Position numbers and translations under genes: made by a program. The notes beneath the pieces are model-generated. The model did not search any database and was not told where the DNA came from. It saw nothing but the letters and a program-made list of their open reading frames with translations. Of a stretch of DNA of 64,000 nt, positions 1-11,824 are shown piece by piece. This stretch comes from Thermoanaerobaculia bacterium. Lineage in GTDB: Bacteria; Acidobacteriota; Thermoanaerobaculia; Gp7-AA8. The stretch spans positions 11,627 to 75,626 of the forward strand of contig DATEZA010000123.1 of assembly GCA_035255945.1 (NCBI GenBank), in the 5' to 3' direction. The stretch's first letter is position 1, and the number at the start of each line of letters is the position of its first letter.

Positions 1-1
1 C

Positions 2-1005
2 CTCGGCGACGAAGCGAAACTGCGGCAGGTCCTGATCAATCTCCTCGGCAATGCGATGAAATTCACCGACCGCGGACGGGTGCGGCTCGCCGTGTCCTGG
101 CTCGACGGAACCGGCTCGTTCTTCGTCAAAGACACCGGCCGCGGCATCGCCCGCGAAGACCTCCCTCGCCTCTTCGAAGCGTTCACGCAGGCCGGAGCGG
201 CGCAGCACGAAGGGACAGGACTCGGCCTCGCCATCTGCCGCAACTACGTGCAGCTGATGGGAGGCGAGATCCGCGTGGAGAGCGAGCTCGGCGCCGGCGC
301 GCGCTTCTGGTTCGACATCCCGCTGCCGCTGTCCGACGAAGAGGTGATGTCCACCGCGCACCGGCGCAAGGTTGTGGCGATCGCGCCGGGACAGCCGTCG
401 TTTCGCCTCCTCATCGCCGACGACACGATGGAAAACCGCACGCTGCTCGAGCGGCTCTTCCGTACCGTGGGCTTCGAAGTGCGCACCGCGTGCGACGGCC
501 GCGAGGCGATCGACGTCTGGAGCGAATGGAAACCGGACCTCGTCTGGATGGACATCCGCATGCCGGTCATCGACGGCTACGGCGCGACGCGCGCAATCCG
601 CGAGGCGGAAGGGGCCGCACGACACACGATCGTCATCGCCATGACCGCCAGCGTCTTCGACCACGGCCGCGAAACGGTCTTCGCCGCCGGCTGCGACGAC
701 GTGGTCACGAAGCCGTATCTGGAAGACACGCTCTTCGCCAAGCTCACGCAGCACCTCGGCGTGGAATGGGAGTACGAGCGGCTTGCGCGCGAAGCACCGC
801 CGCCGAAGGCCGCCCCCGCGCCGCGGCTTCCGCGCGAGCTGCGCGACCGCATCCGGAACGCGCTCGACCGCGGCGACGTCGTCGACGCCGCGCGATGGGT
901 GGAGGACGTCGTGCCGATCGACCACCGGCTCGCCGCGAATCTCCATGAACTGATCCGCCACTACCGCTTCGATGAACTGCAGGACATGCTCGCTGCAGCG
1001 GAGGA

Positions 1006-1009
<4 letters not shown>
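2..1009 (+). CDS. hybrid sensor histidine kinase/response regulator (5' end outside window)
   Basis: Frame 2 is open from the window edge: LGDEAKLRQVLINLLGNAMKFT (HATPase N box), DTGRGI and GTGLGLAI G boxes, then a receiver domain (LLIADD...WMDIRMPVIDG...KP). Stop overlaps the next start (ATGA, 1006-1009). Confidence 0.9.
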
Positions 1010-2400
<1,391 letters not shown>

Positions 2401-3575
2401 ACTGCAGCACGTTGTTCGCGTACGTCCACGTGCCGTCGGAACAGCGCGAGGCCGCGGGCAGCGGTCGATGCTCCTTGATCGCCATCACCCGCTCCGCCGC
2501 CGAGCGCTCGAAATCGAAAACTGCGGCGCGCTGAAAATCAGTGCCGGCGCCGTTTGCGGAATCCCTGCTCGATTCGAACATGAAGTTCCAGCGGCCGCCC
2601 TTCCAGCGCTTGTTCCACGCATCGACGTCGAACGCACAATCATGGGAGCCGGCAATCGCCTCGGCCGCCCCGCGACGTTGATTGAGAAAGCTCGCCAGCG
2701 GCGCGTCGAACGCCGCCGACAACACGATCGAGCGGACGAACATACGCCTCCGCCAATTCTCGGACCACTTCCACCAGAGCCAGCTCTCACCCTGATACGC
2801 GGCGAGCACCGCGTGACGCGCATCGATGTCGCCGACCTCGCGCCACCACGGCGGAACCGGCGGCGGCAACTTGCGCGCGACGCCGTTCGCCAGTCGCGCC
2901 GAGCTGATCGCTCTCGCCACGCAATACGTGTCTTCGCGATGCCAGAGCGGACGCACGAGCAGTACGATCGCATGCAGGTCATCCCATGACGACGCATCGC
3001 GCTTGAGCAACGCATTCGCAGCGAGCAGGCGGCTCAGTCGCTGAATGCCCTCCAGCGGCGGATACGAACGGTTCTCCGCTTCGATCTCATCGTGCCAGTC
3101 GATCGATGATCCCGATTCGTTGACGTAGCGCGTGACGTCCGCGAGAAGCTGCTGATGTGCCCGCAGCGTCGCGGCGATCTCAGTCGGCGGCGCGGTGACC
3201 GAATCATCGGACCGCTGCAACTGCGCGTAGAGGTAATCGGTGAACTGGTTGTTGAGCTCTTTGCTCATCGGCACGAGCGCCACTTCCTCGCCCTTCATGC
3301 CGAGCTGAATGCCGGCCGGCGACACGAGCTCTGCGAGATTCCGCGCGGCGGTCGTGGTGGGATGCGACGGATAGCGCCGCGGCACGGTGTGCAACGTTCC
3401 GAGCTCCGCGGGCCACGGTTTGGAGAGCGCTTCGCGGACCGCGAGACGCGCCGTCGCGGTGATGACGAGCCAGATCGCCAACAGCGCGCCGGCGAGAATC
3501 ATCAGGAAGCGCATGACGTCATTTCACCTCGTGCGCGAGCGGTACGTCGAGTGAATTGTCTAGAATCCGCGAATC

Positions 3576-5546
3576 ATGGCTAACGAGATCGACGCACTCC
3601 TGCAGGAGCACCGCGAATTTCCTCCGTCCGATGAATTCCGCAAGCAGGCCAACATCAACGACGCCGCGATCTACGCGAAAGCGGCGCAGGACCGCGAAGG
3701 ATTCTGGGCCGGCTGGGCCGAGCAGCTCGACTGGAAAACGAAATGGGACAAAGTGCTGGAGTGGAATCCGCCGTACGCGAAGTGGTTCACCGGCGGAAAA
3801 CTGAACGCGTCGTACAACTGCCTCGATCGGCATCTCGCCACGCGCGGCGATAAGACCGCGATCATCTGGGAAGGTGAGCCGGCCGGCGAGATCAAGCGCT
3901 TCACGTATCGCGAGCTGCACGCCGAAGTCTCCAAGTTCGCGAACGTCCTCAAATCGCTCGGCGTGCAGACCGGCGACCGCATCGCGATCTATCTGCCGCT
4001 GATCCCCGAGGCTGTCGTCGCGATGCTCGCATGCGCGCGCGTCGGCGCCGTGCACTCGGTCGTCTTCGGAGGCTTCTCCGCCGAGGCGTTGCGCGATCGC
4101 ATTCAGGATGCGCAGGCGAAGCTGCTGATCACGGCGACGAGCGGCTATCGTCGCGGCAATCTCGTGCCGCTGAAGAAAACCGCGGACAGCGCGGCCGACG
4201 ATTGCCCATCGATCGAGCACGTGGTCGTCGTCATGCGCCGCACCGCGAGCGAAGAGCTCGACGACACCATCACCATGCATCCCGATCGCGACCGCTGGTA
4301 CCACGAGCTGATGGCGAGCGCGTCGCCCGAATGCGAGCCGGCCTGGGTCGATTCGGAGCAGATGCTCTACACGCTCTACACGTCCGGCACGACCGGCAAA
4401 CCGAAAGGCATCATCCACACCACCGGCGGCTATCTGACGCAGTGCTACGCGACGTGCAAATGGGTCTTCGATCTGAAGGACTCCGACGTTTACTGGTGCA
4501 CCGCGGACATCGGCTGGGTCACCGGACATTCGTACGTCGTCTACGGTCCGCTCGCGTGCGGCGCGACGGTGATGATTTACGAAGGCGCGCCCGACTGGCC
4601 GAAGAAGGACCGCTTCTGGGACATCATCGAGCGGCACAAGGTCACGATTTTTTACACCGCGCCGACGGCGATCCGCGCGTTCATGAAGTGGGGCGAAGAG
4701 CTGCCGAAAGCTCACGACATGTCATCGCTGCGCCTCCTCGGATCGGTCGGCGAGCCGATCAACCCCGAGGCGTGGATGTGGTACCACCGCAACATCGGCG
4801 GCGAGCGTTGCCCGATCGTCGACACATGGTGGCAGACCGAAACCGGCTCGATCCTCATCACGCCGCTGCCCGGTATCGTGCCGACGAAGCCCGGCTCCGC
4901 GACGAAGCCGTTCCCCGGCATCGACGCGCAGATCCTCGATGAAAAAGGGAATCCGGTCGAAGTCGGCGGCGGCTATCTCGCGGTCACATCACCGTGGCCG
5001 TCGATGCTGCGCGGCATCTGGGGCGATCCCGATCGTTACGTGACGCAGTACTGGTCGAAGTGGGACGGCATCTACTTCACCGGCGACGGCGCGAAGCGCG
5101 ATGAAGACGGGTACTTCTGGCTCCTCGGGCGCGTCGACGACGTCATGAATGTCGCAGGTCATCGCATCGGCACGATGGAAGTCGAATCGGCGCTCGTCGA
5201 TCACAACTCGGTCGCCGAGGCTGCGGTCGTCGGCATTTCGCACGACATCAAAGGGACGGCGATCGCTGCGTTCGTGATCGTGAAGGAATCGGAACGGCAG
5301 CACGCGATCGACGATCCGGTGCAGTTCGAGAACGAGCTCAAAGCGCACGTCGCGGAGAAAATCGGCGCGATCGCGAAGCCGGAAAAGATTCTCGTCACCG
5401 TCGATCTTCCGAAGACGCGCTCCGGAAAAATCATGCGCCGCCTGCTGCGCGATATCGCCGAAGGCCGCGCGCTCGGCGACGTGACGACGCTCGCCGATCC
5501 GACGGTCGTCGCTGCGTTGAAAGACAAATACGAGGAAGAGTCATGA
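3576..5546 (+). CDS. acs: acetyl-CoA synthetase
   Basis: 656 aa; AMP-binding motif [12 protein letters not shown]-terminal [12 protein letters not shown], and overall length and N-terminus typical of Acs. Confidence 0.95.
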   Translation: MANEIDALLQEHREFPPSDEFRKQANINDAAIYAKAAQDREGFWAGWAEQLDWKTKWDKVLEWNPPYAKWFTGGKLNASYNCLDRHLATRGDKTAIIWEGEPAGEIKRFTYRELHAEVSKFANVLKSLGVQTGDRIAIYLPLIPEAVVAMLACARVGAVHSVVFGGFSAEALRDRIQDAQAKLLITATSGYRRGNLVPLKKTADSAADDCPSIEHVVVVMRRTASEELDDTITMHPDRDRWYHELMASASPECEPAWVDSEQMLYTLYTSGTTGKPKGIIHTTGGYLTQCYATCKWVFDLKDSDVYWCTADIGWVTGHSYVVYGPLACGATVMIYEGAPDWPKKDRFWDIIERHKVTIFYTAPTAIRAFMKWGEELPKAHDMSSLRLLGSVGEPINPEAWMWYHRNIGGERCPIVDTWWQTETGSILITPLPGIVPTKPGSATKPFPGIDAQILDEKGNPVEVGGGYLAVTSPWPSMLRGIWGDPDRYVTQYWSKWDGIYFTGDGAKRDEDGYFWLLGRVDDVMNVAGHRIGTMEVESALVDHNSVAEAAVVGISHDIKGTAIAAFVIVKESERQHAIDDPVQFENELKAHVAEKIGAIAKPEKILVTVDLPKTRSGKIMRRLLRDIAEGRALGDVTTLADPTVVAALKDKYEEES

Positions 5547-5555
5547 CGCATCAAG

Positions 5556-5599
5556 TCCCCCTCGCCCCGCGTGCGGGGAGAGGGGCGAGGGGTGAGGGG
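5556..5599. repeat. GC-rich nested hairpin repeat (CCCCTCGCCCC...GGGGCGAGGGG)
   Basis: Intergenic acs/fabG. CCCCGC-GT-GCGGGG hairpin nested in CCCTCGCC/GGCGAGGG arms. A related motif occurs at about 44078-44100. Confidence 0.6.
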
Positions 5600-5601
5600 C
5601 G

Positions 5602-6327
5602 ATGACACGCGCAGCTCTCATCACCGGCGGCGCGCGCGGCATCGGCCGCGTGACTGCGATGCGCCTGCTGATGGACGGCTACTCCGTCGCGTTCACGTAC
5701 ACCACGTCGAAAGATGCGGCACGCGAGTTCGTCGCCTCTGATCCGGAGCGCATCCTTGCCTGCGAAGCGGACGTCGCCGATCGCAACGCGGCGAAGCACG
5801 TCATCGATGAAGTGGTGAAGCGCTTCGGCTCGCTCGACGCGCTGGTCAACAACGCCGGCATCCGCCGCGACGCGCTCACGTACAACATGACCGACGAGCA
5901 GTGGGACTCGGTCATCGCCACGAACCTCGGCGGCGCATTCGCGCTCACGCGTGCGGCGCTGCATCCAATGATGCAGAAGCGCCGCGGCGCAATCGTGAAC
6001 GTCGCATCGCTGTCAGGTTTGCACGGCGTCGTCGGACAGACGAATTACTCCGCGGCGAAAGGCGGCTTGATCGCGATGACCCGCTCGCTCGCACGCGAGG
6101 TCGCGCGCAGCGGGATCCGCGTGAACTGCGTCGCGCCGGGGCTGGTGGAGACCGACATGATCGCGGGACTCGACGAAGAGGTGAAGCGCGAGATGATCCG
6201 GCAGATCCCGATGCGGCGTTCGGTGAAAGCGGACGAAGTCGCGGCGGCGATCGCGTTCCTGCTCAGCGACGACGCGAGTGGAATCACCGGCCAGGTGCTC
6301 TGCGTCGACGGAGGCCTGTCGGCGTGA
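5602..6327 (+). CDS. fabG: SDR-family 3-oxoacyl-ACP reductase-like oxidoreductase
   Basis: 241 aa; TGGARGIG cofactor motif, NNAG, and the catalytic YSAAK pattern of classical SDRs (FabG-like). Confidence 0.8.
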   Translation: MTRAALITGGARGIGRVTAMRLLMDGYSVAFTYTTSKDAAREFVASDPERILACEADVADRNAAKHVIDEVVKRFGSLDALVNNAGIRRDALTYNMTDEQWDSVIATNLGGAFALTRAALHPMMQKRRGAIVNVASLSGLHGVVGQTNYSAAKGGLIAMTRSLAREVARSGIRVNCVAPGLVETDMIAGLDEEVKREMIRQIPMRRSVKADEVAAAIAFLLSDDASGITGQVLCVDGGLSA

Positions 6328-7229
6328 CGTATTTCTCCGTCGTCATTCCGACCTACAACCGCCTCGACATGCTGCTGCGCGTGCTCGATGCGCTGCAGGC
6401 GCAGCAGGACCCGCCGGAGTTCGAGACGATCGTGATCGATGACGGCTCGAAGGACGACACCGAGCGCGTCGTGTCACAGCGAAGCGGCATCACGTTTCGC
6501 ACGCAACCGAACGGCGGTCCCGGCCGCGCGCGCAATCACGGCGTCACGCTCGCGCGCGGCAGATTCGTGATCTTCATCGGCGATGACACGGTGCCGGAGC
6601 CGCGCTTTCTCGCGGAGCACGCGCGCGTGCATCGCGATGCGAACGACGATCCGCTCGTCGCATGCCTCGGCTACACCGGCTGGCCGGACGGCGAGCACGT
6701 CACTGCGTTCATGGACTACATCAACGACTACGGCCTGCAGTTCGGCTACAAGCTGATCGAAGACGGCGCCGTCGTTCCGTACAACTTCTTCTACACGTCG
6801 AACATCTCGATCGATCGTCAACTACTTGCCGATCATCCGTTCGACACGACGTTTCCCTCCGCCGCCTGGGAGGACATCGAGCTCGCCTATCGTCTCGATC
6901 ACCTCGGCCTGCGCATTCACTACAACGCCCGCGCCGTGACCCGCCACCACCACCCGATGACCATCGATTCGTTCGCGCGGCGGCAATACACGGTAGGCAA
7001 ATCGGGCGCGATCTTCTACCAGAAGCATCCCGAGCTCGGACACTTCCTCGGCGTCCACGAGCTGTCATCGCGCCGGCTCGCCGACGAAAAACATCTCGCC
7101 CGCCTCCGCCGCCGCGCCCGCCTCGGCGAACGCTTCCGCTTTCTCGCGAACAACACGACGTTCGAGACACTGATGCGCGAGCACTACCTGCGCGGTTTGC
7201 GCGACGGCCTGGCTACCGCGGCTTCGTGA
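6324..7229 (+). CDS. family 2 glycosyltransferase
   Basis: GTG at 6324 overlaps the fabG stop (GTGA). VVIPTYNR...IVIDDGSKDDT...FIGDD are GT2 hallmarks. The longer ORF from 5901 is an alternative frame of fabG. Confidence 0.8.
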   Translation: MTYFSVVIPTYNRLDMLLRVLDALQAQQDPPEFETIVIDDGSKDDTERVVSQRSGITFRTQPNGGPGRARNHGVTLARGRFVIFIGDDTVPEPRFLAEHARVHRDANDDPLVACLGYTGWPDGEHVTAFMDYINDYGLQFGYKLIEDGAVVPYNFFYTSNISIDRQLLADHPFDTTFPSAAWEDIELAYRLDHLGLRIHYNARAVTRHHHPMTIDSFARRQYTVGKSGAIFYQKHPELGHFLGVHELSSRRLADEKHLARLRRRARLGERFRFLANNTTFETLMREHYLRGLRDGLATAAS

Positions 7230-7959
7230 GCGGCCGCGCGATGCGGACGTCTGGCGAAACCGCGCGCGACTTAATGACTGCTGCGGCGAGATAGGGAAAC
7301 TCTGCGTTGATGTAGATCGGAAAGGCGCTGCCTGTCGGGTGCTCGGCACCGACGAGGGGGCCGAGAAATTTCGAATCGAGGTCAATCACCGCAATCGAAT
7401 TGGCGGCAACCAGCGTGGCGGCAGGTTTGCCGTAGTCGGAGTGGTACTCGAAGCGAATGGCGAAATCGTTTGGGTTGATCAGGTACAGCCTGAAGGTGCC
7501 GATCCATGGAATGCCGCGCGCGATCATCGACGGGCCCGTGATCCAGTCGCGGCCGACTTCGACTGATTGCCATCCGATCGCGTTGTTTGCGTCCTGACTA
7601 AAGATCTCGCTCGCCACTTCGATCGGCTGGTCGGACTCGATCTCCACTGCACCAAGGGCCAGCGCGTGCCCGTCGCCGTAGATCGCCGGCCCCTGATCGC
7701 TGATCACCTGCGTGCTGCGCCCGGACAACGTCCACTGCAGCAGCGTGCAGGATCCGACACAAGGCTGCTCGAGGATTGGAATGATCTTCTTGACGGTCAC
7801 GGTGGCAGGCGTGTCGCCGACGTTCGTAGTCACAATCGTGCCTGTATAAGTTGCGCTGGCGCCCTGAACGAACTGGCCCCAAACCGGAATGATGTAGCGC
7901 TCCGAGGCCGACGATGTCATCGTAACGGACAATAGCGCCAGTGTAAGTATGTGTCTCAA
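7213..7959 (-). CDS. secreted hypothetical protein, paralog A
   Basis: Signal peptide MRHILTLALLSVTMTSSA. About two-thirds identical by eye to the 8808-9563 product. Both end in VRIARPLTKPR. Confidence 0.75.
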   Translation of the reverse strand: MRHILTLALLSVTMTSSASERYIIPVWGQFVQGASATYTGTIVTTNVGDTPATVTVKKIIPILEQPCVGSCTLLQWTLSGRSTQVISDQGPAIYGDGHALALGAVEIESDQPIEVASEIFSQDANNAIGWQSVEVGRDWITGPSMIARGIPWIGTFRLYLINPNDFAIRFEYHSDYGKPAATLVAANSIAVIDLDSKFLGPLVGAEHPTGSAFPIYINAEFPYLAAAVIKSRAVSPDVRIARPLTKPR

Positions 7960-7971
7960 AGCCGGCCTCCG

Positions 7972-8699
7972 TCAGCAACACGCCCGGCGGCGTGGCACCG
8001 AGTTATACAGGAGAAGGTTTGGTGCACCATATAGAAAGCCGGTGATCACACCGACGGTTCCTGCGTCCTTGATGATTCCTTCAATACTGCCGGGACTATT
8101 GGTCAGCCCGTAACGCTCCATATGCATAGCCGCGACACCCGAAACAAGCGGAGCAGCAAATGATGTCCCAAATCCGCTCATCATACTTCCATCCTTGTCG
8201 AGGGTAGACACGAAACGCCCCGGCGCCAGCACATCGACACATCGCCCGTACGCCCGCAATCAGATCGCCGTTCCAGCCATCTTTGTTGCAATTCAACACA
8301 CGCACACTGACTACCTGTGCTGACTTTGCGACACCCCATCTGTAGCCGGCTGCCAGTGTCCCCACGCCGGTTCCATAACCATTGCAATCATTCACTGCGC
8401 TCGGATCGGCATAGCCAGCTGCGTCAGTAACGAACTTAACGCGCTGTCGAATACGCGTCTGAAAATCGGAAATCGGATTAACGCCGCTGTCAATCAAGAT
8501 CATAGACGTGGACGGGCTTTATGCCATGCGAACGTCCAAATTCTGATGCGATACCGCCAGGGTTGGAATCGCTGTCCGCAAGTACCACGATATAGGAGTC
8601 TGAAACCGGCTTATGGCTTCGAATGATCGAGCCATCGCCACCATAAAGCATCTCCGCAAAACACACCGCAACAAACCAGCTGATTAGACCTTGTTTCAC
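7972..8699 (-). pseudogene. degraded subtilisin-like (S8) serine protease
   Basis: Three consecutive minus-strand ORFs in different frames. 8699-8490: signal peptide plus I9-like propeptide. 8503-~8240: Asp box LIDSGV, and a His box reading NGYGTGVGTLAAG (His replaced by Tyr). 8259-7972: Ser box GTSFAAPLVSG. The SLGG...AAGN segment is missing. Local G+C about 52% (8041-8100). Confidence 0.7.
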
Positions 8700-8807
8700 A
8701 AACTTCCTTGCTGAAAAAAATGGTCGCGAAGACTGCAGGACGTGCGTCGCAAAAGCAAACGATCGTCGACGAATTCGCGCCGGTATGGCCTATGATCGAC
8801 GGCCTGA

Positions 8808-9563
8808 TTACCGCGGCTTCGTGAGCGGCCGCGCGATGCGGACGTTGGATGACACCACGCCCGATGCCGTAAAGGACGCCGCCAGGTACGGAAACTCGGC
8901 ATTGATGTAGAGCGGAAAGGCGGTGCCGGTCGGCACCTCCGCGCCGCCGCCTGCGCCGAGAAATGACGTCAGCTCGATGACGGCGATCGAATTCGCAGCA
9001 ACGGTTGCAGTGCCGGTTTTTCCATAATCGGAGTGATAGTCGAACCGGATCGCAAAATCGTTCGGATTGATCAGGTAGAGCCGGAATGCGGCGTCGAACG
9101 GAATCCCGCGCGGAATCATCGACGGCCCCGTGATCCAGTCGCGCGCGACTTCAACCGATTGCCAGCTGAGCGGATGACCCCATGTACCTTTGAAGATCTC
9201 GCTCGCCACTTCGATCGGCCGATCCGATTCGATCTCGACAGCGCCGAAATCCAGCACGCGGCCGCCGAAGATCACCGTCGCGCCTTGATCGCTGATGACG
9301 CGCGTGAGATGTGGCGGCACGGCCCACTGCTCGAATGCGCATGGACCGAATGCGCATGGATGACTGGCGATCGCAACAATCTTCGTCACCTTGACCGTCG
9401 CGTCGGCGTCGCCCAGGTTTGTCATGGCGATCGCGCCGGTGTATGTGCCGCTCGCTCCGTGAACGTCCATGCCCCAGATCGGAATGATGTATCGCTCCGC
9501 TGCCGCGCAGAGCGGCGCCGCGATCAACAGCAAAAGCAGAAACGTGTAGCATCGCGCGCGCAT
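8808..9563 (-). CDS. secreted hypothetical protein, paralog B
   Basis: Signal peptide MRARCYTFLLLLLIAAPLCAAA (alternative ATG at 9569). Paralog of 7213-7959. The ORF-track extension to 9830 is antisense to tmk and is rejected. Confidence 0.75.
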   Translation of the reverse strand: MRARCYTFLLLLLIAAPLCAAAERYIIPIWGMDVHGASGTYTGAIAMTNLGDADATVKVTKIVAIASHPCAFGPCAFEQWAVPPHLTRVISDQGATVIFGGRVLDFGAVEIESDRPIEVASEIFKGTWGHPLSWQSVEVARDWITGPSMIPRGIPFDAAFRLYLINPNDFAIRFDYHSDYGKTGTATVAANSIAVIELTSFLGAGGGAEVPTGTAFPLYINAEFPYLAASFTASGVVSSNVRIARPLTKPR

Positions 9564-10149
9564 GTTCATCACCTTCGAAGGGATCGACGGCTCCGGCAAG
9601 ACGACGCAGTTGCGGCGCGTCGCGGAGCGTTTTCGCGATCCGGTGATCACCAAGGAACCGGGCGGAACGCCGACCGCCGATCGCATCCGCTCCATTCTCC
9701 TCGATGCCGGCTCGAAACTCGATCCGCTGGCCGAGGTGTTTCTGTTCGCGGCGTCGCGGCACCAGCACGTCGTCGAGGTCATCAAGCCGGCACTCGATGC
9801 CGGACACGTCGTGCTCTGCGATCGCTTCACCGATGCGACGCTCGCCTACCAGGGCTTCGGACGCCTGCTCGATCTCGATCGCCTGCGCGCCCTGAACGAC
9901 TGGGCGACCGGCTCGCTGCGCCCCTACAAAACCCTGCTGTTCGACATCGATGAAGAGACCGGGCTGCGCCGCGCGCGCGGTCGCGGCGGCGATGAATTGC
10001 GCTTCGAAGCGGAGGACCTGCGCTTCTATCGGCGCGTGCGCGAAGGCTATTTGTCGCTCGCGAAATCGGAGCCCGATCGATTCGTCGTCATCGATGCGAA
10101 CGGATCGCTCGATGACGTGAGCAAGCGCGTCGACGAGGCGTTCCCATGA
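9562..10149 (+). CDS. tmk: thymidylate (dTMP) kinase
   Basis: MFITFEGIDGSGKTTQ P-loop, DRF...YQG core; 195 aa. Confidence 0.92.
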   Translation: MFITFEGIDGSGKTTQLRRVAERFRDPVITKEPGGTPTADRIRSILLDAGSKLDPLAEVFLFAASRHQHVVEVIKPALDAGHVVLCDRFTDATLAYQGFGRLLDLDRLRALNDWATGSLRPYKTLLFDIDEETGLRRARGRGGDELRFEAEDLRFYRRVREGYLSLAKSEPDRFVVIDANGSLDDVSKRVDEAFP

Positions 10150-10934
10150 GCTCCGCGGAGCTCGTCCTCGGCACCGCCCAACGCGGCGAGCTGCATCACG
10201 CCATCGTGCTGCACGGGCCTGCGCCGAGCGCGTTGCGCGAGACCGCGATCCGCATCGCGAAAACAATCCAATGTCTCAACGGCACGACAGGCGACAACTG
10301 CACCGCGTGCCGCCGCATCGAACAGCGGCTGCATCCCGACGTGCACTTCATCGAGGTCGGCGGCGACCGCAAGCTGATCTCCGTCGAGCAGGTGCGCGAG
10401 CTCGTGACTGCCGCGGCGATGCGGCCGTACGAAGGACGCGGCAAAGTCTTCATCATCGATCCCGCGGATGCGCTCAGCGTCGGCGGCTCGAACGCGATGC
10501 TCAAGACGCTCGAGGAGCCGGCACGCGACACATTCTTTGTGCTGCTGACGCGCTCGTACGACCTGCTCTTGCCGACGATCCGCTCTCGTTGCCAGCAGAT
10601 CCTCGTCAGCGGAAACGTGGTGATCGATCACGAGCTGCGGCGCGCGATCGTCGCTGCGCTGAATCGTTTCGCGGCGCAGAATGAGACCGTCGCGCTGCTC
10701 ACTGCGGCGGCGCTGATCGCCGGCGCCGATGACGTGAAGAGCGCGATCGCGCTCGCCGGCGAGATGCTGGCCGAGGCTGCGGCGGACAGCGAAGAATTGG
10801 AAGCGCTGCGCGGGAAAGCGGGACGCGAAAAGATCCTCGCTGCTGCAGACGGAATGCTTGCCGCGATCCGGTGGCTCGGCGTCAACGCCGATGCACGGCT
10901 GCTGGTGGAACAGGCGCTGAGCGCCCTCGTCTGA
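10146..10934 (+). CDS. holB: DNA polymerase III delta' subunit
   Basis: Follows tmk with a 4-nt overlap. Zn-module-like CxxCxxC region (DNCTACRRI), NAMLKTLEEP and SRC motifs typical of HolB. Confidence 0.8.
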   Translation: MSSAELVLGTAQRGELHHAIVLHGPAPSALRETAIRIAKTIQCLNGTTGDNCTACRRIEQRLHPDVHFIEVGGDRKLISVEQVRELVTAAAMRPYEGRGKVFIIDPADALSVGGSNAMLKTLEEPARDTFFVLLTRSYDLLLPTIRSRCQQILVSGNVVIDHELRRAIVAALNRFAAQNETVALLTAAALIAGADDVKSAIALAGEMLAEAAADSEELEALRGKAGREKILAAADGMLAAIRWLGVNADARLLVEQALSALV

Positions 10935-10945
10935 AACCGTTTACC

Positions 10946-10981
10946 AAAAAAAACGACCCCGCCCGGGTCCGGGCGGGGTCG
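10946..10981 (-). terminator. rho-independent terminator (minus strand)
   Basis: 13-bp GC stem CGACCCCGCCCGG/CCGGGCGGGGTCG (10954-10981), followed on the minus strand by eight T (10946-10953). Confidence 0.8.
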
Positions 10982-11140
10982 TGGGTATCTACTGGATCGG
11001 GCGATGCGTACTGCTCGGGGGTGAGCTTGACTTCGGTAAGGTTCAAAGAAGAGTTCAAGAGGTTGCGACTGAGGCAGGGTGTTACAACAGAAAGCGGCAC
11101 GCCTGCCCTATCCAGTATGCCTTTATCTTTAGTACGAACG
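10982..11140 (-). ncRNA. candidate small RNA or structured 3' UTR (class unknown)
   Basis: 43-50% G+C by hand count (11041-11220) versus the GC-rich backbone. No credible ORF. Ends at the strong terminator above. Possible promoter TTGAGA(11172-11167)-N19-TATACT(11147-11142) on the minus strand. The 5' end is a guess. Confidence 0.3.
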
Positions 11141-11287
11141 AAGTATAACGCAGATTGTGAAAAATTTCTCAATGTAACAGCATCGTGACAAGCCATTGAC
11201 TGCTCAGGCGATAGCCGTCGCATTTGGAAACTAGGACACTCTAGAACAAAACGAGCGTTCGGTCCATACCGACCGTCTGGTCGGCTT

Positions 11288-11824
11288 TTATCGCGAACCG
11301 GGCTCGACCAGCAAAGGCATCGGCTGCAACGATTTGCCCAGCCAGATGTGCCCGCCAAGAGTCTCCGCCGGCTCCCCGTTCACCAGCACCCGCACCCGCT
11401 TCGCCTCGGCGAAGTTCGCGGTCACCGTTTGTACGAGCGAATAGACCGCCATCAGCTCTTCGTGCGTGCCGGTTCCCCAACCCGCGGTGAGCGTCGGGCC
11501 GCCGAGGTCGACGAAGGCGGTGCCGTCGGGAAGCATGTAGGCGGCGCGGACGACTGTGTCAGCCGGCAGGAGCCGCGCGAGATTCGCGTTTGACGGACCC
11601 TTCGTCAACTCGCGCAGCACGGCCGGAATCGCGGCCGCGGGATTCTCCGGCAACGGCAGGTTGCGCGGCTCCGCGATGAGCAGCATGTTCGGAGATTCGA
11701 AGTAGACGCGCACGGCGCGCACCTCGACTTTGTTCGCCTCGTTCGGATTGTTCGGATTCGCTTTCTTCTCGCGACAACCGCCCGCAATTGCGAGAAGCGC
11801 AAGCGCGATCGCCACGCGACGCAC
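11288..11824 (-). CDS. GerMN domain lipoprotein
   Basis: Lipobox LAIAGGC. GerM-like core (LTKGPS...AYMLPDGTAFVDLG...LVQTVTANF...VRVLVNGEP). Confidence 0.75.
   Translation of the reverse strand: MRRVAIALALLAIAGGCREKKANPNNPNEANKVEVRAVRVYFESPNMLLIAEPRNLPLPENPAAAIPAVLRELTKGPSNANLARLLPADTVVRAAYMLPDGTAFVDLGGPTLTAGWGTGTHEELMAVYSLVQTVTANFAEAKRVRVLVNGEPAETLGGHIWLGKSLQPMPLLVEPGSR

Noticed and set aside
5901-6323. N-terminal extension of the GT2 gene (442-aa ORF from 5901).
   Set aside because: The extension is an Arg-rich alternative frame of fabG. GT2 motifs begin right after the GTG at 6324, which overlaps the fabG stop.
10982-11287. tmRNA, RNase P RNA, SRP RNA or 6S RNA identity for the AT-rich intergenic region.
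   Set aside because: I found no tRNA-like 3' end or tag ORF (tmRNA), no GGAAAGTCC or P4 motifs (RNase P), and no GGAA/AGCA SRP domain IV motif. 6S cannot be judged by eye. It is kept only as an unclassified sRNA candidate.
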